Source: an uncultured Verrucomicrobiae bacterium (GTDB taxonomy: Bacteria; Verrucomicrobiota; Verrucomicrobiia; Palsa-1439). From it: 64,000 nt of DNA. Numbering within the stretch: the stretch's first letter is position 1; every line of letters starts with the position of its first letter. Location of the stretch: assembly GCA_963812605.1 (NCBI GenBank), contig CAWEWF010000005.1, positions 256,001 through 320,000 on the forward strand, given 5' to 3'. Of the stretch, positions 59,424-64,000 are shown one piece after another. A model generated the notes under the pieces. The model worked only from the letters and a program-made list of their open reading frames with translations, did no database searches and was not told the DNA's origin. The position numbers and the translations under genes were made by a program.

Positions 59424-61929
59424 TTTCCCAGTGAAATCAGGTTGGCAAAGAGCCGGTAAGCGCCCGGTACGCCTTCGGGCAACTGGCGGAACCAGGACAG
59501 CCCGGTGTAAACGAAATAGCCGCGACCGTAATGCGCCACGAGGAGGCTCCCGTTCTTGGGCGACTCGCCGGGATCGTTGCAGGCAAGGAGCGGCGTGAAA
59601 TGGTCATCCCATTCGCCGGCGAAATACAGTCCGCGCTCCTGCACCCAACCATCGAAATCGGAGGCAACGATACGGTTGGGGGTCGTAAACACCGGATGGT
59701 CGGGAACGAGCAGGGTCATCGGCGCATTTTCGTCCGTGACGCGGTCGCGCGAGATCTTCAGGTTGTAAGGAGCGAGATGGGTCGTCAGCAAACCATCGGT
59801 CGTATTGTATTGGACGATGACATTGCCGCCGGCTTCGACGTACGCGAAGAGGCCGGGCAGATTTTGGACGAGGTCCGTGCGGGTATTGAAAGCGCGGATG
59901 CCAATCACCACCGCATCGAAGCCGCGCAGGCGGTCCGCTGTCAGATCCGCGCCGGTAAGAAGTGTCACGGCGTAACCCATTCGTTGGAGGCTCTCGGCGA
60001 CGGAATCGCCGGCACCGGGCAGGTAGCCGATTTGATGGCCACGAATCGCCAAGTTGAGACTCAGCGCCTTGAACTGCGCGGGGGGCTGCAGCAATAGCGA
60101 TGGGATATGATCGTGGTGAATCTCGACGTGCCGATTGTGGTAGGTCTTGCCATCGATCTCGGCAGCGGCGAGGATTTTCGCAGTCGTGGAGTTCGTCGGG
60201 GCGGTGATGGTGAAAGTAAAGCGCGCCAGCTCATTGTAATTGGTCAGGGAGAACGAATATGTCGCGGGCGTTACTTTCCAATCGGCGGGCATTTCCAGAT
60301 GGAGCGTGCCGGTTGCCCCGGCGCGGGCCGAGGTGACTTCGACCACCACGGGCTTGGCCGTGCCCGGAGCGAACAGCGCGAGGTCTTCGGGAAAATTGAG
60401 CGAAACGGGCGGGATCACTTCCAGGCGCTGACGAATTTCGCCTTTCACCCGGTCACCGATAACTTGTACAGGTTCGTCGGGAATGACCAGCGTTTGGCCG
60501 TCGACTTCGAACACATACTCCACCGGAAATGCCGGAGGATTTTCGGGACGGCCAATGAGCGAAGGATCGTCCACGCGGAACATTCCGATTGTGCCCTCTT
60601 CGCGCAACCAATAAGGTTGGCTCAACGCGGTGTTGGCCGGCAGCGTCCGGGACGATTCCTTGACTGCGGCCTGATTGGGTTTCAAGTCGGCGTTGGTCGC
60701 GAGTTCGTCTCCGCCGGCGGGGTAACGCACGGCAGTCCAGCGCACCGGGAAATCCGTCCGCACCATGGCGCTGTGACGCATCTTCAAGGTTTCGCCGGGC
60801 ACGGCCTCGGCCAGCGGAATCGACGTCTCGACGTACAGCCCGAGGCAGCCTTGCAGGATGTGATCGAGTTGCCGGCGTTTGTATGCAATCACGGTGTCCG
60901 TGGGCAGAGCGGCGAGCCGTCTTCGCAATGTCAACAGGGCCGGCACACTGGCGGCGGGATTCTGCGGGTTGAATTGTGCGATGCCCTCGTCAGTCAATTT
61001 TCCGATCTCCGCGCCATTGGGAACGCGCGCCCAGGTTGTGTCGACGCCATCAAGGATGTCTTTGGTTGCGGGCTCGCCAGCGAGGAGTTGGAAGGTTTCG
61101 TTGGCGTTCCCGCGAGTGCCGACGCTGCCGAAGCCCTGGGTCTTGTGCATGGACCGGCTTTTAGCGGCGATTTCGCCGTAGGATTCACCGAGGAGCGGGT
61201 TGTAGCCGCCGATGTCGAGCTGAAGGCCGGGAGGTGTGTTGGTTCCACTGTCTGTGCCGCGTCCTCCGAATCCCCGGGGGAAGCCATTCCAGAGAATGCG
61301 TTTTGGCTGCCACGGCTGCAACTCGCGGAGTTGGTCGGGAAAAGCATTGGTGTCACCGGCGAGCTTGAAGGCTTCGACGGCGAGAATTGCCGACGCGGTG
61401 TGATGACCATGCGTGTTGCCGGGTTCGGTGGAAAAGCGCGTGATAAGCACATCGGGTCGGAATTCGCGGATGACCCGCACAACGTCCGCCAGCACTTGTT
61501 GACGGTCCCAGATGCGGAACGTCTCGCGGTAGTCCTTGGAAAATCCGAAGTCGAGAGCGCGCGTGAAGAATTGCTGGCCACCGTCGATGCGGCGGGCGGC
61601 GAGCAACTCCTGGGTGCGGACCACGCCCAGTTCTTCGCCCAACTCGGGGCCGATCAAGTTTTGGCCGCCATCGCCGCGGGTCACGGAAAGATAGCCGGTA
61701 CGATAGCCGCGACCGCGCGAGAGGTAGGCGATGAGGCGGGTGTTTTCGTCGTCGGGATGGGCGGCGATGTAAAGCACGCTGCCCATTTCGCGAAAACTGC
61801 GGAGTTCCTGCAGAATCGCTGACGCCGACTGTGGGTCGGCGGCTTGGGTGCCGACCGGAAGGCCGAGCCAGCGTCAAGACACCAGCGGCAAGGAGGCGGA
61901 AGGAACCAAGGACTGCGGATGGCCGGCAT
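59420..61929 (-). CDS. Large exported PIG-L/LmbE family deacetylase with Ig-like and C-terminal GATase-like domains; indels in the signal-peptide region
   Basis: AAHPDDEN, TRGDGGQN, DFGFSK and HGHH motifs; upstream ATG 61929 with a hydrophobic leader joining QAADPQSASAILQELRSF. Confidence 0.88.
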
Positions 61930-61931
61930 TT

Positions 61932-62501
61932 TTATTTTTTGACCGTGAACGGCACTGAGAATTGCGTGCTTTCCCACATCATCTTTAATAGACCACCGCC
62001 GGACGAATTCTTCTCAATCGCCATGGTGAATTGATCGACTGGCTTGTCCAGAGCGTCCTTCTTCAGGTCGATGCGCGCGACATCTTGAGACTCGTCATAT
62101 ACTTCTTTGAAATCACCGCGACTGGCGCCCCATTGGCCGATTTGTTTGTTAATGACCAACTTGGCCGTGCCGTCTTCATTCGGGAGGGTCCAGAGCGTGT
62201 ACGCGCCCGCGGGGATCGTCGTGTCGCCAAAGGCGAGCGGCTTTTGCGTGATGAGGAGCGTGGCTTCGTCGGAGCCGGTGCGCCAGACCTTGCCGTAAGG
62301 CACCAGTCCTCCCCAGATTTTGCGGCTCTCGCCTGTCTTGGGGTCCTTGGTGTACGGACGCCCGTAAATAATCGTGATGCGATTGCCATCGATGACGGTG
62401 CTGATGGTGTCATGGGGGCTGACGCGTTTTTGCTGGGCCATAAGCGGCGAGGCGCTGAGGATAACGGCGGCGATCACAAATGCGGACTTGAACTGGTTCA
62501 T
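61932..62501 (-). CDS. Exported DUF2911 domain protein
   Basis: Signal peptide; SP, YGRP, GGLVPYGKVWRTG.DEAT, AG.YTL.T.P and WE motifs. Confidence 0.88.
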   Translation of the reverse strand: MNQFKSAFVIAAVILSASPLMAQQKRVSPHDTISTVIDGNRITIIYGRPYTKDPKTGESRKIWGGLVPYGKVWRTGSDEATLLITQKPLAFGDTTIPAGAYTLWTLPNEDGTAKLVINKQIGQWGASRGDFKEVYDESQDVARIDLKKDALDKPVDQFTMAIEKNSSGGGLLKMMWESTQFSVPFTVKK

Positions 62502-62531
62502 GCTGTCTCCCGTGTAGGTTGGGCAACTAGT

Positions 62532-63417
62532 TTATTTGGACGAAAGGCTGGAGATCAGGTCCTGGTTCATCTTCACGAATGAACTGGAGGGACCTTCGGC
62601 TTTGACTGCCAACTCGCTGGATTCCTTGGCGGCGGCAATCGCGCCGGGCTTATCGCCCTGCTTCGCGAGAATCTTCGCCTTCAGGTTTAGCAACTCATAG
62701 GCAATGCGGGGCTTGTCGGCGAGACCCGTATCCAGCCACGCGAGGGCCTTTTTCAGGTCGAGATCGTGATTGAAATAAAATGTCGCGGCCTGGAAATAAA
62801 ACTGCGGTTGCTTTTTGTCCGTCGACGCCATGGCGGCTTCGACTTGCGGCACGACCTTGCTGACGACCTCGACTTCGAGATGGATGGGGACGACGGTCTT
62901 TTCCCAGACGAGTTCGAGAAGGGCGGTTTCGTCGCGGATATGATTAAACTCAATCGCGAAGGTCTCGATGCTGTTTCTCCGCCAGCTTCACGGGAGCGGC
63001 CTTGAAGCGCACCAGATCGTTCTCCGGCTTGTAACCGAACGCTCCAAAACTATTGGTGTCCTTGGAGATGATGATCGTCCACTCCTCTTCTCCGGGAATG
63101 GTAAAGAGCGAATACTTGCCCGCGGGAACTGCGTTGCCGTTGAGCTTCACATCGGTTGAAAAGGAAATCTTTGTGGAGGCGTTCGCGCCCGTGCGCCACA
63201 CTTCGCCGTAAGGAACGATGCCGCCGTAGATCGTCCGTCCCTTGACGCTGGGCCGGGAATAGGTGATCTCGATGTCGGTGAGACCGATGTGTTGTTTGAG
63301 AGTAGCGGTGGGACTGGCCTGAGGGAAATCGACTTTGGGTGTCTGGGCCAGGAGCCCGGTCGCGAAAGCCCAGACGAAAACAGACAGCAGAGAGAAGTAG
63401 CGCGCGTGTGATTTCAT
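62532..63417 (-). CDS. Exported DUF2911 domain protein with a C-terminal TPR-like helix bundle; frameshift near 62975
   Basis: PQASP, YSRPSVKGR.IYGGIVPYGEVWRTGAN; second ORF YFQAATFYF...DLKKALAW. Confidence 0.85.
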
Positions 63418-63471
63418 GATTCGAAAGGCTAGCATAACCGAAACGGAATGAAAGCGGGAAGTGGGGGGTGC

Positions 63472-63685
63472 TGTAGGCCGCCTCTGCGAGGCGGCGTAAC
63501 GTCGCTGTAGCCGCGAAACATTTTCGGGGCGGGGAAAGGCCGCGAATGCGATTCGCGGCTACAAAGCGGCTGGAGTCCGGGGCAGTGTCTTAATTTGCCG
63601 CATTGCTTATCGTTCGTGTTTTATAGCCGAAGCGTAAGCTTCGGTGGTAGGAATGCGGATTCCCGAAGCTTACGCTTCGGCTACA
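63472..63685. repeat. Cluster of GTAG-type REP units of three sequence types
   Basis: TGTAGGCCGCCTCTGCGAGGCGGC; TGTAGCCGCGAA...TTCGCGGCTACA; TATAGCCGAAGCGTAAGCTTCGG...CCGAAGCTTACGCTTCGGCTACA. Confidence 0.75.
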
Positions 63686-63773
63686 GTTGGCGTTTGCAAA
63701 TTAAGGCGCCGCCCGGTCCGCGCTTGCATTGATGGAGGCGGTGTGTTACCCCAGCATCCGCGAGGAATGTTCG

Positions 63774-64000
63774 ATGCCTGAAGCCCTTGACCCGGTAGTT
63801 ACGATCAGCTTGCTTGACCCGGTGGCGGGTTATGCGATGCAGAGTTGGGAATTTGAAGGGGCGTCGCTGATTCGCATCGGGCGCGCGGAAACGAACGATG
63901 TGGTCCTCAGCGACACTTCGGTCTCGCGAATGCACGGCGAACTCACGCGGACGGAGGCCGGCTGGAACGTCACCGCCCTGGGGCGCAACGGCATTGTCGT
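63774..64000 (+). CDS. FHA-domain protein, N-terminal part; runs off the window edge
   Basis: Manual translation MPEALDP...IRIGRAETNDVVLSDTSVSRMHGEL...LGRNG contains the FHA GR, SxxH and NG motifs. Confidence 0.85.
   Translation, partial: MPEALDPVVTISLLDPVAGYAMQSWEFEGASLIRIGRAETNDVVLSDTSVSRMHGELTRTEAGWNVTALGRNGIV

Noticed and set aside
63472-63685. Repeat cluster as a CRISPR array
   Set aside because: The units are inverted palindromic REP-type pairs of differing sequence, with no regular repeat-spacer period and no cas genes.

Overview
GC-rich bacterial chromosomal segment, probably Verrucomicrobiota (inferred from DUF5069, a DUF4032-like protein, a GuaB3-type IMPDH and exported proteins with a Verrucomicrobia-type 'W..FYR' module). 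The backbone is housekeeping: acs, an ABC exporter, uvrA, TPR-exbB-exbD-tonB-like, guaB-guaA, hisD-hisC-hisB, dinB, gltA-sucC-sucD and a cell-wall amidase, plus GH55, GH105 and GH18 glycoside hydrolases. About ten genes, including essential ones, are split by single-base indels, mostly in short homopolymers. I read these as long-read assembly errors, not pseudogenes. Most notable: (1) a tightly coupled 8-gene minus-strand operon (54.9-63.4 kb) joining two DUF2911 proteins, an exported PIG-L deacetylase, an unannotated 43-aa membrane peptide and a Na+/solute symporter to bshB1, bshA and a half-size BshC-like protein, which suggests a bacillithiol-type thiol synthesis plus salvage system; (2) two loci where a diverged copy of a gene's 3' end brackets acquired DNA (namA, and the ABC exporter with a toxin-antitoxin pair); (3) a MITE with a TAA target duplication that carries a REP doublet, and REP/RPE repeats that supply stop codons or coding tails; (4) a sensor-less two-component cluster with a stand-alone H-box protein; (5) a perfect palindrome over the dinB start. 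No rRNA, tRNA or CRISPR array was seen. All family assignments are from motif recognition by eye; no searches were run.
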